Assembly: GCF_037042905.1 (NCBI RefSeq)
Contig: NC_087248.1
Location: 6,634,001 to 6,698,000 of the forward strand
Direction: 5' to 3'
Length of the DNA stretch: 64,000 nucleotides
DNA from: Lytechinus pictus
Lineage: Eukaryota
Shown here: piece after piece, positions 61,780-64,000 of the stretch
Position numbering within the stretch: position 1 is the first letter of the stretch
Layout of the letters: each line of letters begins with the position of its first letter
Program-made: the position numbers and the translations under genes
The notes under the pieces: model-generated
Database searches by the model: none
Told to the model about the DNA's origin: nothing
Seen by the model: only the letters and a program-made list of their open reading frames with translations

Positions 61780-62911
61780 AACCCGACAGCGCAAACTGCG
61801 TCCAATTGTTTAGGACACTCGTGGCGATTTCGAGAGGGCGTGGCGAAATAGTTCGAGGAGTTTCAAAACTTTTAAGTTGACTGAGAATTAACCGATGGAC
61901 GCAGGACCGATAAAACATTGTGTTTGTTGGGTTCTGTTTTCGTTGATTATAATAGCAATCTCCTTTCAGCCCGTTGTCAACCAAGAGCTATTTATCTTTA
62001 AGGTTTCCTGAAACAGAATAAGTGAATTCGAAGTCCGTTCTCTCATAGACTGACGATGGAGACGAATTTAATTTGTGTCAATTATTTTTCATACAAAAAT
62101 ACATTTCGGCTGTAAACGTTGTAGTTTCCTATAGTTCTCGGAATCAGTTAAAAGAGCTCACAAACTCTTGGGATTAATAGCTGAAAAAACACAAACGTTG
62201 ACCAAGTAGACCTTCAAACATCTGAGAAGGACCTGTGAGACGTTGCTCTGTTCGTGGAGATGACATAATCCATCCGCAATCCTTTGTATCTCGCCTTGGT
62301 GTCATTAAAAGGTAAGTTTTGCTTTATTTCACGACATAGATTATGGTTGAATGGGGCAGTGTAAGTAAGGAAACAAATGACATTCGATACTTTTGTTGCA
62401 TTTCCAAAATATAATTGCGGTATTTCATGTCATAAAAAACACAAAATATATATATTTAGCATGTTTAGGGTGTGACTCCAACGGCTCTCCTGCTTGCCGT
62501 TTATTGCATGTACATAATTATAACTCTTGTTTGCGAAAATAGGGGAACATTCATTTTGCAAACGCTTGAAAATGAAATTTCAGTGACTTGCTCGTTTATT
62601 AATCATCTCTTTTCATTCAAATTAATTTCGAGAGAGAGGATCAGTGGGGTCTATTTCAAATCCATCCTGATTATCCTAAATGATGGTCATATTGGAACAG
62701 GACAGTAAGGAATGTTACTTATTTGTTTGCTATAATGGTATAACTTATTCCACTTTTATTTTTATTTTAGAACAACAGTATACCCGACATAAAGATTAAG
62801 TCATTGATGGCTATATACACCAACACATTATACACGGTATTTCTCTAATTTGAGTCTCAAGCGTTACCATGGTCAACGAACATGAAGACAATTACTGCCA
62901 ATTAACTGGCA
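61780..62911 (+). other. Possible 5' end of a divergent plus-strand gene: first exon ending 62311, second exon 62771-62911
   Basis: GC box GGGCGTGGC near 61836; perfect AAG|GTAAGT donor; tttttattttag acceptor; accATGG at 62869 (MVNEHEDNYCQLTG) followed by GTAAGT. No homology recognised. Confidence 0.4.
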
Positions 62912-63377
62912 GTAAGTCTATATGGTTTTAAATCCAATAGCATAACAAAATGTGTCAAATACCATAGTCCCAAAGAAAATATATAAAATGAACCTATCTT
63001 GAATTATTAATTGATAAGGGTTACACCACTATCTTGTGAGCATATTTACTGACTGAATTAATCATAATCTATTATCAGCATTATGGTTCTAATAATTGTA
63101 ATTAACGCTACCTTAAAGATTATAGTTGGACTGAGTTAACAAGCATTATCTCAAGTGACCCAAGGTCGTCCTTGCACCTGCATGATTGACCTGTATTAAT
63201 GGTATTGCATCTTGGATATAAACAATCCAACGAAATAAATTTTACAATTAATTTTGATTGTGAGTTCGTTTTTATACATCCATTCGAATAATTACGGTCA
63301 TATAGAAACGAATATTAGGAATTCAACAAATTTACATAATTTCAAGTTGAAATTAAAAACCTATCTATTCCAATAGT

Positions 63378-63447
63378 ATGTACAGCACCTAGGAAGCTCT
63401 TGCAGCGCAATAGAATATATAGAAATAGTTTTTGCGCTATAGAAATG
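63378..63447 (+). mobile_element. L2/SINE-type 3' tail remnant
   Basis: agcgc...gcgctatagaaatgcat(att)n, typical of L2-clade 3' ends. Confidence 0.4.
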
Positions 63448-64000
63448 CATATTATTATTATTATTAAAGGATATATTGAATTCATTTTGCAAATATTTAG
63501 CAGCTTTGAAGTTAGAGAAACATTTGGTTGTATATTGTCTATTAGTTTGAATCCTAAATAATAGAGGAGACGATTTATTTGATTTGTATCTCCTGATTAT
63601 TTATAAATACTGTATTTGATACTTGATGTACTGATGTAGGGGATGTAGTAGTCCCTTTGGCAGCTCATACAGGAAGCTATACTCAGATGATGAATAAATT
63701 TAGCAACTGGAAAGAGTGTCATGAAGTGCAGAAATGGTGATGGATAGACATAGCAATTTGTATACACAGTAAAACATGCTATGCCGAGTGCAAGTATATA
63801 AAAACCACGGTATTAGGATCCAAATGTAGACCTATAGTCATGATTTTTTTTTTTATTATATAAGTATATTTAACTACATAATGTTCAGACTGTAAACGTG
63901 CGTGATCTAGAAGACTGCAGCGAAATTGCATGACATAATGATTATGCCTTGCAGTCATACTTTCTAAACAAAATATAATACATCAGAGTGTAATGTGGAC

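Noticed and set aside
61833-61860. Plus-strand frame reading RGRGEIVR, resembling a GST N-terminal motif
   Set aside because: No upstream LxYF, a stop follows shortly and there are no splice sites; better explained as a GC box (GGGCGTGGC).

Overview
This is AT-rich, intron-rich metazoan genomic DNA, not prokaryotic. The repeat families and gene content suggest a sea urchin or other echinoderm (inference). Two assembly gaps lie at 43123-43256 and 44242-45035. Most entries in the ORF track are noise, so the real genes were rebuilt by hand from GT-AG splice sites and intron phases. (1) A plus-strand PH + Ras-association + RhoGAP gene of the ARHGAP20/TAGAP family has 11 phase-consistent coding exons from 10167 to 28356 (3807 nt), a probable first coding exon at 7107-7157, and a 3' UTR of about 2.4 kb. 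(2) A minus-strand C-type lectin + PAN/apple-like gene has 3 exons at 37000-34387; its last exon looks damaged and no start exon was found. (3) A complete minus-strand alpha-class glutathione S-transferase has 6 exons at 60343-52724 (226 aa). (4) A divergently transcribed plus-strand gene may begin near 62 kb. The rest is dense with non-autonomous DNA transposons (TTAA-flanked Kolobok/T2-type, Harbinger-like, MULE-like, TA-flanked), LINE tails and mini/microsatellites. I see no clearly new multi-gene system. The most unusual sequence-level observations are five. One MITE family has copies with A/B, A/A and B/B arm combinations. A MITE's TTAA target site overlaps the GST stop codon. Decayed tandem copies of a GST splice acceptor sit upstream of the real one. 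The GST lacks two canonical glutathione-binding residues. A 352-bp local copy is flanked by a 7-bp target-site duplication.
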